From positions 3,720,001-3,784,000 of the forward strand of contig OZ024757.1 of assembly GCA_964016885.1 (NCBI GenBank): a stretch of 64,000 bases of DNA. The letters are read 5' to 3'. This DNA is from Eledone cirrhosa (taxonomy: Eukaryota). Position 1 is the stretch's first letter. Every line of letters begins with the position of its first letter. The notes beneath the pieces are model-generated. The model did not search any database. It had not been told where the DNA came from and saw nothing but the letters and a program-made list of their open reading frames with translations. Made by a program: the position numbers and the translations under genes. Positions 1 to 10,875 of the stretch are shown piece after piece.

Positions 1-29
1 ACTAGATTTCTATAAGAATATAACATCAG

Positions 30-125
30 TGATCTCGGTAGGCAGGAGGGGTAGTTAGCCTTGATAAGCTTCAACCAAAGCGAAACAAGGCCTTGTCGGC
101 TTATCTCCCCTGTTTGCTGAGATCA
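30..125 (+). ncRNA. Type I hammerhead ribozyme, U3-A8 core variant, with extended stem I
   Basis: AGCC-UUGAUAA-GCUU(CAACCA)AAGC-GAAA-CAAGGCCUUG-UC^GGCU at 57-101. Stem I continues as GAUCUCGGUAGGCAG/CUGUUUGCUGAGAUC. Predicted cleavage after GUC at 97. Confidence 0.85.
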
Positions 126-259
126 AAGTAAGTGAATTTGTCACTACTTTAAAACAATAGTCTTCAAAATGCTTTTAATTAAGCATAAAGTGTATTGCAA
201 AATACATTATATATACATCCATATATATATTGCTATTTCAGAGCTCCAATTCTAATTTT

Positions 260-403
260 TAAAAATATTAATGTTATTAAGGATATAATGTGAAAAGGAG
301 AAGAATGAATGAGTTATGAATTTAGAGGAATTAGTTAGGGTTTAAGTTTGTTTTTATGTAATGTAATATGTGTACGTAAATAGTTTGTTTAAAATGAGCG
401 CGG
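260..403 (-). repeat. Inverted copy of the PLE 3' UTR segment (matches ~2500-2646)
   Basis: 260-403 is the near-identical reverse complement of 2500-2646 and lies just upstream of the truncated ORF. Confidence 0.85.
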
Positions 404-914
404 TGGAATTTATTGTGACGATGGACTTTTTACTATCTTAAACTGCAACTTAGTTAACCTTAATATTATTAAGAACAATATACGTGATCTCTTTAAGCGT
501 CATAACCTTAAAATTGAATTTGATAACAACGTCAAACTAGCTAACTTTATATATCCCTTAAGTTTGACACTGGCCTGTATTACCCTTACCATAAAAACAA
601 TGAGAATCTAAATTATGTTAATTTTAAATCTAACCACCCACTACATTAAACATGCTATAATCAGTAATATTGGAAAAATAATCTCAAACCTATCCTCTAA
701 TAAAGATATATTCGATGCTACCGCCAATTACTATGACAATACGCTTTCTAAAGCCGGTTATCCTGATAAAATTAAATACAGTAAAAAAAACAATCCTAGA
801 AGGTCTTACAGTAAAATAATTAATTATGAACATTCCAATAACTTAAATAAAAGACCTAGATACAAAACTATAATCTGGTATAATGCTCCTTTTTCTATTT
901 CTATTAATAATAAT

Positions 915-1100
915 TATTTCTACATTAGGCACAAGGCCAGCAATTACCCAGTATATTACTGTTACTTTATTTTATCGACCCCGTAAGGATGAAAGGCAAA
1001 GTTAAACTCGGCGGGATTTGAACTCAGAATGGCAAGGGCCGTAACTCTATGCGTCAAAGCATGGCGTCCGACCCTCTACCGATACTGCCAATCCCCCGCC
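915..1100 (-). mobile_element. tRNA-derived SINE (full length) inserted in the PLE ORF
   Basis: Minus strand has A-box TGGCAGTATCGG, B-box GAGTTCAAATCC and core TTTGCCTTTCATCCTTACGGGGTCGATAAA. Target-site duplication (c)tattaataataat at 901-914 and 1100-1113. Confidence 0.85.
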
Positions 1101-3086
1101 TATTAATAATAATATTAATAATCTATTCTTTAGGGCCTTAGATAAATGCTTCCCTCCCTCACATATCTATAGTAAAATATTTAACAAACATACAATAACA
1201 TTTTCTTATTCCACCTCTTCCAAAATCTCTAACATTATCTCTAAACACAACAATAACATTTTAAATAATAAATCACATCCTTCCAACACTGAGCGTCATA
1301 ATAATAGCAGTAGTACTCCCGACGTCATTGTTAACTCTAGGCTAGATTCTGTAAACTTAAATACGACGTCAAAAGTAACTTCGTTGAATGTTCATAATAC
1401 CAATCTAAATCAGGAAACTATTATTCCTATCGTAAATAACTTCTCCAATCCAGTTCTATAAATTACACTAGGTCACTTGTTAATAACTCTGTTAATTTCT
1501 CTAATCGTAATTGTAATTGCCCTGTTAGAACTAAATGTCCTCTTAATAACCATTGTCTTGATAAAAACTTAGTCTATGAATGTAAGGTTATAACTGATAC
1601 CAATTCCTTTACCTATTTCGGTTCCACCTCTACTTCCTTCAAAGCTAGATTTTATAATCACAATTCGTCTTTTAGATACCAACTTAAAAGAACTATCACG
1701 GCACTCTCGGAACTCATATGGTCCTTGAAAGACAAAAATATTAACTATAACATCTCTTGGAGGAAGGTTTGTTCTGCTTTTCCTTACTTGAATTCTTCCC
1801 TATCCAGAACATGTAATCTCTGCCTAGCCGAGAAATTTACCATTATATCTAATTTCAATTCTATAATAAATAGATGCATGGATTTATTTTCTCTCTGCTT
1901 GCATAAATTCAACAGAACATTCCATAAAGTATACAGCTAATATCTCAACACCTTACTAGTTTAAAATCCTTTTTCTCAAAGGCTTATATATCTTTTACAA
2001 ATATACCCATCTTTCTACCTTATTTCAATGTTATATATTATATAATACAATTTACTCATTCTACATCATTCTTCTTTATCATTATCCTTTCTTCCTTTTT
2101 TCTTTTTAATTTCTAACCTCTAATCTGTACTTTTTCTTCCCAACTACTTCTCAATTCTTATTATTACTCACCACAACATTATCCATTCTTCCAACTTTTC
2201 CTCATATCATTGGCCATAACAATTATTTTTTTAATTAGAAGTCCTTCGTAAATATATAATTTTTTGACGTTAGATTTTTTTCTTCCTTAAATTTTTCTTA
2301 TCTCCTCCATCCTTTCATGCTCATTTTAAACTACTACTTAATTTGACTTTTACATATTACAATACATAAAAAACTAACTTAAACCCTAACTAATTTCTTT
2401 TAATATATTATATTATTACCATTAAAAAATATTTCGTAAACATATATACTTTTTGATGTTAGATATTTTCTTCCTTAAACATTCTTTTCTTCTTTCCTTC
2501 CGCGCTCGTTTTAAACAAACTATTTACGTACACATATTACATTACATAAAAACAAACTGAAACCCTAACTAATTGCTCTAAATTCATAACTCATTCATTC
2601 TTCTCCTTCTTTTCACATTATATCCTTAATAACATTAATATTTTTATTTTAATAATACATATTAATACATTCTTTTCCTCGCACATATTATTAAACCCTT
2701 TAATATACAAACCTTAATTTAATACTATTCTTAATTCATTTTTCTTCATGCATAAACCCCATTAACTTTTCATTTCAAAATCTTTTAAATTATCTATTAT
2801 CTTCCAACGGCTTTTTAATTTCTCTCTGTGAGACAATATATATATTTTTCTCAGTTGTAAAGGCTATTTCTCTCTCTCTCTATCACCCATCTCTCCTCCT
2901 CTCTCATCCTTCCTTCTTATACTTCTCCCCCACCATCCTTTACACTCACCTCTTCCTCTTCTTTACCTTTTCCAACCCCCTCTCACTTTTTCCCAATCTC
3001 ATACATCAATCTTAATTTATTTTTCATATGTTGATTTAAAACTTCACTATTCACAAGTGTTTTTTAAGCCTCATATCATGTATCTC

Positions 3087-3157
3087 TATTTTATCTGATG
3101 AGAACGCAGACATCATCCCATGATGATATTTGTTTTTGTAATGCGCATAATAAAATA
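3087..3157 (+). ncRNA. Degenerate type I hammerhead ribozyme at the PLE 3' end
   Basis: UAUUUUAU-CUGAUGA-(stem II with AUCAUC/GAUGAU)-GUAA (GAAA mutated)-UGCGCA-UA^AUAAAAUA. Perfect 8-bp stem I and palindromic stem III AUGCGCAU. Confidence 0.7.
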
Positions 3158-3281
3158 CTTGGAACTCTTTTAACTATCTTTTGATCTTATATTATTTATA
3201 CTCCAGTCCTACAAACTGTAGAGTGCTACTTATCCGATATTTGCATTGCTTTATTGTGCTACAATAAAACTCACCTCCTAC

Positions 3282-3324
<43 letters not shown>

Positions 3325-3583
3325 TTCCGTGTGTCATAATTCTCGATTATCATTGGTTCATAGGTTTCAAACGACTCCGCCCACCTCAACAACGCCAAAC
3401 TGAAATTAATATGCATAATGCCAATGAGGGAGTGAGAAGGGAGAGTAAGAAACAGAGAGGCAAAGTGAACGCTGTAACTATTACCATGTGTTCGTGTGTA
3501 TGTACGTGCGCGTATGTTTATGTGTGTGTGCGTGCGTGCACCGTTCCACAGAAAGTAAAAGCAATTCGACTTTATCAAACAGT

Positions 3584-3779
3584 GAACTACAGCGTCGACG
3601 GCGTGCAGCCAGAAATGAAGAAAAACGGGCCGAACAGCGCATCGGAACGCCGAACTTCAGAGGCAAAGACGTGCCGCCATGAATGAAGAGGAGCTGGCTG
3701 AACAACGCCAACGAAACACTGGAGCCAAGCAGCGACGGCGTGCTGCGATGGTTGAAGACGAACTGGCTGAGCATCGTCT
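3584..3779 (+). pseudogene. Fragment of three 23-aa Arg/Glu-rich helical repeats (STPR-like, as in Helitron Rep/Hel N-termini)
   Basis: ELQRRRRAARNEEKRAEQR(-1 fs)HRNA / ELQRQRRAAMNEEELAEQRQRNT / GAKQRRRAAMVEDELAEHR; GC-rich 69-bp period; next to a Helitron-like end. Confidence 0.55.
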
Positions 3780-3792
3780 TTTATATTAATTA

Positions 3793-4138
3793 TCTACATA
3801 TAATATAAAAGATTGGAACTTCCATCATCCTTTTGAGAAACATAGAACAAGCACGTATATGCAAGGATACACGTTTTAGAGTCAGGCAGAAGATGAACCA
3901 TCTCCTAGAGGTCACTATTCTAGGTGGAAGCACCTAGAATTGTTCATATACTATGCACAAACGGTACAACGAAGAATCTGATATCCCTGGAAGATTTTTT
4001 TTACTGTTTTTTGTATCACACAGACACCACGGACTCGCCTCATACTGTAACCAGACAAACTTCCAATACAGTCATTTTCTCTTTTACCTGTCTTCTCTTA
4101 TCATCTGTTTACCCGGGCGAAGCTGGGTACGTCAGCTA

Positions 4139-4139
<1 letters not shown>
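3793..4139 (+). mobile_element. Non-autonomous Helitron-like element (3' end clear, 5' end tentative)
   Basis: Terminal hairpin ACCCGG-GCGAAG-CTGGGT followed 7 nt later by CTAG|T; candidate 5' A|TCTACATATAATATAAAA. Confidence 0.6.
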
Positions 4140-4204
<65 letters not shown>

Positions 4205-4209
<5 letters not shown>

Positions 4210-4285
4210 GTTTTGCTCAAGAACACAACACGCAACCCAGGAATCGAAACCACGACATTATGATCGCAAGTTCAACACTCTTACC
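4205..4285 (-). mobile_element. Fragment of a second tRNA-derived SINE family (another copy at ~10505-10610)
   Basis: Minus strand reads GTGGCCTATGGTAAGAGTG...GGTTTCGATTCC...GTGTTCTTGAGCAA (A/B boxes); homologous to 10520-10605. Confidence 0.55.
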
Positions 4286-4301
4286 ATAGGCCACGTGCCT
4301 C

Positions 4302-4428
<127 letters not shown>

Positions 4429-4440
4429 TAGATAGATAGA

Positions 4441-7400
4441 TTTCTTTATTTACCATAAAGGCATAAAAAGAAGGGACAAATACAAAGGGGGAGTTTACAT
4501 ATAATCGAGTAAAAAGGGTGTAACATGAAAATAATCGAAAATAACCTCAAAAGGGAGGGGACGTGATGGGGGTTGCACACACCCCCGAAAAAGTGTGCAA
4601 TCCTTTGCCCGGGGAGCACATGGAGAAGGTGCTCCCCTCTCCTTTACTTCTTTACCTACAGGATGGTATACAGAGAAGGCCCATTTACACGAGCCATTCT
4701 CGCCACTATCACCCACCTTTCATAAAACTGCATGTGGCCAAGCACCTCTCTCTCCATTCTTATCCTTCTTCCGAAGTGATATCGGAAGAAGTAGACCAGA
4801 CTATGGCCAGAGAGGAAGTTGCCTGACCTCAGACCTTTCAATCGTGTCCACCAAACAACCTCTTTCAACATGGCTATTACGCACAGAAAAACCGCCTTTG
4901 CTTCCTTTGTGAAGAGGGGAGGCGGTTTGATTGTCATCACGGACTCGGCGGTCAATTTAATCGGCGCCACCCGCGACAGCAGTCGTTCGGCGTAGCCTCA
5001 CAGATCAGCCACGCCCGGACATTGCACCAATGCGTGCGCAACGGTTTCTTCGTGACGCACGCATCTAGGGCAAATCTTTTTTGAGGGATCCCTGCCCGGG
5101 CGCCCGTGTCTGTAGAGCCTCTCTCGAACGGGTAGAGCCCCCCGGTAGCACTGCCAGGCCAGTGACTTCTGGAAGTTGTCCATTGGTCCTGGGCCGAAAG
5201 TCCTACCGAACAGGCTGGCCAGTTCGTCCTCTTCCATGTCCAGTGACTCTCCAAGGGTGTCATCGCCCCTGCTAGCCACCAGCCCTCTATAGAATGATGA
5301 GGTGGATTCTCCACCGATGGCCTGGCCCGCTTGCCAGAGAGCCCTGAGCGCCTGAGCACACTCAGTGTGCCAGTCTCCCAGTTTTCCGGATCTTTGCTTG
5401 ACCCAGGACTGTAGCTCTGTGAGCGAGACGAGTCTCGGAAAGGCTCGTTTCACGAACGGAGCCCACACCGGTTGACCAGTGAGGAATACCTGTAGGTGCC
5501 GTAGCCTTAATGCGTGCCTACGCATCATCAACCACGGCATCCCCAGCCCTCCTTTCGAAGGTTGTTGGCAGCAGATGGATCTTCTCACCATAGGAGGGCG
5601 CTTCTTCCAAAGAAATTGGAAGAGCATGCGTTCCATGGTGGTGAGTGTTTCCTTAGGGCAAGGCACGACAGTCAGGCGGTAGTAAGTGACGGACGCTATG
5701 TAAATGTTCGCCACCTCCGCCCGGCCTTTTAGGGACAGCTTACACTTGGCCCATTTCTGGGTTAGTGCAAACACCTTGTTCGTAACCTCGTTCCAGTTCT
5801 TTCCCACCTGGAGGTCCGGTCCAAACCAGACCCCAAGCAACTTTACCGGGCCCTCCGTCCAGTGTCCGACGACACCGTCAGGAGGCATCGGTCTGCCTCT
5901 CCACGTTCCGAGTTGCAGCCCGATGGATTTTTCCCGGTTCAGTTTCGCTTCTGACAACCTTTCGTACTCCTCCAGTAAGGTACCGATCGCCTCGATCTCC
6001 GAGTCGGTCGATACCATTACTGTTACGTCATCGGCGTAGGCCGACACCGCTTTGCTCAATCCTGGTTCCAGGGGGATACCCTGCAACAACTCCAACTTTC
6101 TCAGTAAAGGCTCGAGAGTCAATACGTACAGAAGAGAGGAGAGAGGGCACCCCTGTCGAATGGATCGTGTGATTTCGAACGGCTTCGAAAGGTAGCCGTT
6201 CACCTTGATCCTAGAACAGATGTGGTTGCTATGTAAGGCAGTTATCCAGCCTCTGAAAACAGGACCGAACCCAGCCGCCGCTAGCACGGCATCCAGGTAA
6301 CCATGGTCGACCCTATCGAAGGCCTTAGACTGATCCAAGTTGATCAGGGCCCCACCGAAGCCGGGTTTGTTGCCAACCCTCTCTATGATGTATCGCATGA
6401 GGTGGAGGTTATCGTGAATGGACCTGGATGGGATAGCACATGTCTGCGCATCTCCCACCAGGCCACCCACGACAAGCGCCAACCTCTTTGCTAACACCTT
6501 GGCCAAAATCTTTAACTCTGTGTTTAGCAGGGTTATGGGCCGAAAATTATTTATACTATCCCCCTTGTTCTCGTCCTTCCTCACCAGCGTGACTACGCCC
6601 TTGGCTACAGAACAAGGAATTCTCCCGTTCTGCTGCCAATTGCAGTAGACCGCTTCGAGGAGTTCGGAGAAGAAGACCGGCATTGCTAAATAAAGTTCGT
6701 AAGGTATACCATCGAGACCTGGAGATTTGCGTCTGCTGCATTGGCTCAGCGCATCTCCGATCTCATCAGCCGAGATTGGTCCCTCGCAGGACTCTGCCTC
6801 TTCGCTCGAGAGACGCGGCAGGCCGTCGAGGTATGGACCGAAATCCACGCCCCCGCCCGGACCCTCGCCTCCCCCGAACAATCGGGCAAAGTGCCTTTGA
6901 AAGGCCTCGCACATCTGCTTAGGCTCCCGGATCACCCGTCCATCTTCGTCTTGCAACGACCGGATGGTGGATCGATTTCCACTCTTAGCTTCTGTCACGC
7001 GGGCCCATCCAACGGCTTTGGCCCCCTCATTACTTAGAGCACGTATTTTACTTCGAATGACGCAGCCTTCGTGCTTTGCATCGAGAAACTGGTTCAAGGC
7101 CGTCCTCGATGCCAGCACTCTGGCCACATCTTCGCTCTTGATTGCCTCTTCTAATTTACCTGTTAATTCTTTCTCGTTTCTATTCCTATCGGCAGCTAAC
7201 ATCTTGTTATAACTTATTGATTCTGTTCTAATCTCTCTTTTGAGAGATGCCCACCATTGGTTGTTGACGATTGCACCCGTCAACCTCTCCTTAACTAATC
7301 TGCTAATCCGGTTTCTGTAAGTCTCTTTTGCCGGTAAAGACAAATTAAGTTTCCAGTAACCGGGACCCTGTCTATGTGTTTTCTCGAGATTGACCACGCA

Positions 7401-8208
7401 GGTCACTAATTTGTGATCCGTGTAGCCAACCGTGCGCATTTCTGGACAGCTTAATATGTCCCTATCCTTACTTCTAACTAAGAATCTATCTAAGTACAAT
7501 CTAGATTGACCACTGTGATTTCTCCAAGTCCGGGTAGGCACAGTTGGAAAATCTAGTCGATATCTATCGACCAAGTTAAAACGGTCGAGTAACCCCTTGA
7601 GGCTGTTACACCCCCCTCTATTAGGACATGCTCCTGCATAGTCCCAACGTGCATCCAGGATGTTATTCCAATCCCCCGCTAGAAGCAGGGAACGCGACGT
7701 TCCCAGAAAAGTCTCCAAACGCTGGAAGAAGTCGGGCCGTTCAGCTCCGAAAGGGGAGTAGACGGCGACCAGTCTCAAGGCCGCACTTTCACTACTGCCA
7801 ACGTCTAGCACCAACAAACGACCCTCCGGGTCCGAGTGCACAACCTGTACGGCAAGACCCAGGTGTTTTTGCAACAGTACGACAACCCCACCCCCACCTC
7901 CAGGTTGACAGAGTGATGCATGCACCTCAAAGTCATCGAAGGTGGGGGCCAGCTGCCGCATGACGCTGATTCGAGTCTCACAGATAACCATTACATTTAT
8001 ACTACATGACCTGAGGTCATTTAGAAGCTTTGCTTGCTTCCAAGTTGAGCCCAGGCCACGTGCATTCAAACATCCTACTCTTAACACATCCATGTGGGTG
8101 GCAGAGCCAAAGGAGAGTGTAGAGACCTACCTTTCCGCTTACCGGGGTTCGGGTTGCACGACTTCCATGGGGTCGGGGGTGTTGGGTGAAGGGGAAGCCT
8201 TCACATGA
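4441..8208 (-). mobile_element. Tx1/L1-clade LINE copy 1, 5'-truncated near the end of ORF1
   Basis: Contains ORF2. 3' UTR has AATAAA and runs directly into (TCTA)n/(TA)n; homologous to the copy at 31087-33600. Confidence 0.9.
4656..8093 (-). pseudogene. LINE ORF2: APE endonuclease + reverse transcriptase + CCHC zinc knuckle, with one premature TGA at 4998-5000
   Basis: CLNARGL, ICET, GDWN, LDRF, TDH (APE); KSPGLDG, FRPITLLN, LDQSKAFDRV, RQGCPLS, YADD (RT); CPRC..ETVAHALVQC. ORF 4656-4970 is in the same frame; copy 2 has W at the stop position. Confidence 0.92.
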
Positions 8209-8344
8209 ATTATTGGTGTAATGAAAAGAGGCAGTCTTGTGATATAGAGTCAAGCTGGGTTCACTCAGGAATTGCGTTAAAATAACGTTGAGAATTTTGT
8301 CATACATGGTTCTCTACGGAGGTGAACATTATATATATATATAT

Positions 8345-8382
8345 AAGAAACGTCCTCATTCGCTCGTCAGACAAGGCACCAT

Positions 8383-8413
<31 letters not shown>

Positions 8414-8683
8414 GTTTCTACTTTTGGCACAAGGCCAGCAATTAACCAATGCATTACTGGTACTTTATTCTATCGACGCCGGAAGGATGAAAGGCAAAGT
8501 TAACCTCGGCGGGATTTGAACTCAGATCCCGCCGAGGTTAACTTTGCCTTTCATCTTTCCGGGGTCGATAGAATAAAGTACCAGTAATGCATTGGTAATT
8601 GCTGGCCTTGTGCCAAAAGTAGAAACAATTATATATATATATATAATTCTGCCTTGTCTGACGAGCGAATGAGGACGTTTCTT
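8345..8683. repeat. Fold-back palindrome made of two mirror-image SINE 3' halves, (TA)n and a hammerhead 5' half
   Basis: Arms run from aagaaacgtcctcattcgctcgtcagac to gtctgacgagcgaatgaggacgtttctt; centre ggcgggat-ttgaactcag-atcccgcc at ~8508-8533. Confidence 0.9.
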
Positions 8684-8726
8684 GTATTCGTCTTATTCGG
8701 GAAACCTCTGGTAATGAGGTAATTAT
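8650..8726 (+). ncRNA. Hammerhead-like motif (core and stems II/III present, stem I not evident)
   Basis: CUGACGA-G-CGAAUGAGGACG..CGUCUUAUUCG-G-GAAA-CCUC(UGGUAAU)GAGG-UA. Confidence 0.55.
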
Positions 8727-8824
8727 ACTGTATTGTTTATTATACATTAAATTTAGCTCTGTAACTTACATAGAGCACTCTTCACTCCTATGACTTTTTC
8801 AATTTTCAACGGAAACTTCAATAA

Positions 8825-8865
<41 letters not shown>

Positions 8866-8901
8866 TATAAATATATACATATATATATTTACATATACGC
8901 G

Positions 8902-8940
<39 letters not shown>

Positions 8941-9038
8941 TTATATACATTTATATACATACATACATACATACATAACATTCCTGACATATAACAAATC
9001 ATTAGTGAAAAAGAAGAGAAAAGAGTCTGGAATAATTG

Positions 9039-9085
<47 letters not shown>

Positions 9086-9165
9086 AGAGAGAGAGGGAGA
9101 GAGAGTGATGTATTTGTTTGTTTGATATCAATACTGTGATGATAGTACAGAGACAATATAGCAAT

Positions 9166-9219
9166 ATGTCTGCTGTGGTTGATGATATTTTCGACAGTAA
9201 AATGGCGGACCGGTCGAAT
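9166..9219 (+). CDS. Possible short first coding exon of an unidentified host gene (MSAVVDDIFDSKMADRSN)
   Basis: Non-repetitive island between microsatellites with ATG, an AAAATGGCGG motif and a phase-0 GTGAGG donor. Unconfirmed. Confidence 0.2.
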
Positions 9220-9479
9220 GTGAGGAGCGACTTCATTTCCGATCTTCTGTGGTAGAGGGAAGAAAGCGGAAGAAGAGACAATTGATAAAGTAGTGTATCA
9301 TAAGATAACAGTTTCTCTGTGGTTACTACAGAGAAATAAACACACCGTTCGATTGCTTTTATTGACATCCAGATTGATACGATGTTATTATGGTCAATTT
9401 CGCCCCCACCCCCCACATATTTATACACACACACACACAGACATACACACATACATAGACACACACGCAAACACACACA

Positions 9480-9671
9480 TACGCATATACATACATGCAT
9501 ACATACGTACATACGTGTATGTATATCTCTCTCTCTATATATATATATAAACGCATATACATACATACGTGTATACATACGTACATACTTGTATGTATAT
9601 TTATATATATTTATATATATATATATACGTATATACATAGATACATACATACATGCATAGATACATACGTG

Positions 9672-9720
<49 letters not shown>

Positions 9721-9842
9721 GCATATACATAAATACATATATGCATACATACATACATACGTGTATGTATATATATATATATATATATACGCATATACAT
9801 AAATACATATATGCATACATACATACGTGTATTATATATATA
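9480..9842. repeat. Composite microsatellite-derived minisatellite: ACGCATATACAT...CATACGTGTATG units separated by variable (TA)n
   Basis: About 5 recurring units visible. Confidence 0.7.
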
Positions 9843-10040
9843 TAACGAAGGAAGTGTGGTAAGGAACCAGATGGACCATAATGCACCAGAGTACTCAATA
9901 CTTAGGATAGTAGAGTGGCTAATATGAAAATGTTTAACCCCAAATGTTTAACGGCAGAGCTCAAGCCGTTTCGACAGCTATGGACTAAATTAGAATTTTT
10001 AGCGTGGTAATAAATAGCCGAACTCTTCAGGGGTAATTCC
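9843..10040 (-). mobile_element. Hammerhead-bearing PLE pLTR/retrozyme-like repeat (also at 41340-41522 and 43525-43575)
   Basis: Minus strand: ACCC-CUGAAGA-GUUCGGCUAU...AUAGCUGUC-GAAA-CGGC(UUGAGCUCU)GCCG-UU. The downstream tail is homologous to 41440-41522 and ends in (TA)n. Confidence 0.7.
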
Positions 10041-10229
10041 TTATATGGGAAGATTGTAGTTGTCAAGAGGATTGGTCAAAGTATATATGATGGCTGCAAT
10101 TCGATTTCGAGTAATGCTATCGCTTGATATTTAAGCATGAGCGGCAAGGACGTGGCTTTTTAATCCTGCGAGGGACTTTCACACCCTTGTACAGCCGTTG
10201 GAACAATGGGGGCCTCTCGCAATAGCTCC

Positions 10230-10410
10230 TACGGTCCTGTTTTGGTGCACTTTGGAATCCAACCGGATCAGTTGAAGACAGTTGCCTCTAACAGGACCCA
10301 CTGGTGGGAGTGTTTGAGGTCCTTGCCGCCACGACTCCTTCTGTAATAAGTGGAAGAAGAAGAAGAAGAAGAAGAAGAAGAAGAAGAAGAAGAAGAAGAA
10401 GAAGAAGAAG
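10230..10410 (+). mobile_element. RTE-clade LINE 3' fragment with (GAA)n tail
   Basis: HFGIQPDQLKTVASNRTHWWECLRSLPPRLLL* resembles the Expander/Rex3-type C-terminus (..LGIPPEEL..W..LLRLLPPRP); followed by a (GAA)n run. Confidence 0.55.
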
Positions 10411-10799
10411 AATTTGACCCCTATTTCCACCCACCCTAGCTACATAGAAATAAGAAACATTGACATAAAACACATGTATGATTATAAACTGGTAATATTT
10501 AACAAAAGTTAACTCCATTTGCTCAAGAACACAAACCAGCCGAAGAATCGAACTCACGACATTATGATCGTAAGTCTAACACCGTTACCACTAGGCCGCA
10601 TACTTCCATATATTCACTTATTTTGGCAAATATAGAAATATTTCTTTTGTCGGATTAAAAGATAAAATATCTCAGAATCTTTAAATATAGTTCAGTTCTA
10701 TACTACTCATGCATTTTATTACTAAAGTTTCTCTTTGTCATCGTTGGTAGCTGATCGAGGAGAGAGAGAATAGCCTGTTATATAATATAAGATATATAC

Positions 10800-10844
10800 C
10801 CGTGTGTTGTGGGTGTCTATCTATCTACCTCTCTCTATATATAT

Positions 10845-10875
<31 letters not shown>

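Larger units (their letters stand above)
440..3160 (+). mobile_element. 5'-truncated, decayed Penelope-like element (Neptune-type): RT C-terminus, Cys-rich linker, GIY-YIG endonuclease, AT-rich 3' UTR ending in a hammerhead
   Basis: Frameshifted translation gives YPYHKNNENLNYV..SNHP, SNLSSNKDIFD, IIWYNAPFS, KIFNKHTITFSYS, CNCPVRTKCPLNNHCL, LVYECKV..YFGSTSTSFKARFYNHNSSF and CNLCLAEK, which are hallmark PLE RT-linker-GIY-YIG motifs. Interrupted by a SINE at 915-1100. Confidence 0.85.

Noticed and set aside
335-345. Telomeric TTAGGG repeat
   Set aside because: Single isolated hexamers inside the PLE UTR, not an array.
915-1100. tRNA genes
   Set aside because: The A/B boxes belong to SINE heads with a shared non-tRNA body and TSDs; no complete cloverleaf.
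4970-5000. Programmed read-through in Tx1 ORF2 (both copies have a TGA after the zinc knuckle)
   Set aside because: The stops are at different codons in the two copies and each is a sense codon in the other, so they are independent decay.
5081-8208. Short plus-strand ORFs over the LINE copies
   Set aside because: Antisense or alternative-frame shadows of GC-rich ORF2.
8753-9898. YI/CV/HT/LS-rich ORFs here and at 30754, 34013, 36756, 40191 and 43033
   Set aside because: These are translations of (TA)n, (CA)n and (GA)n microsatellites.
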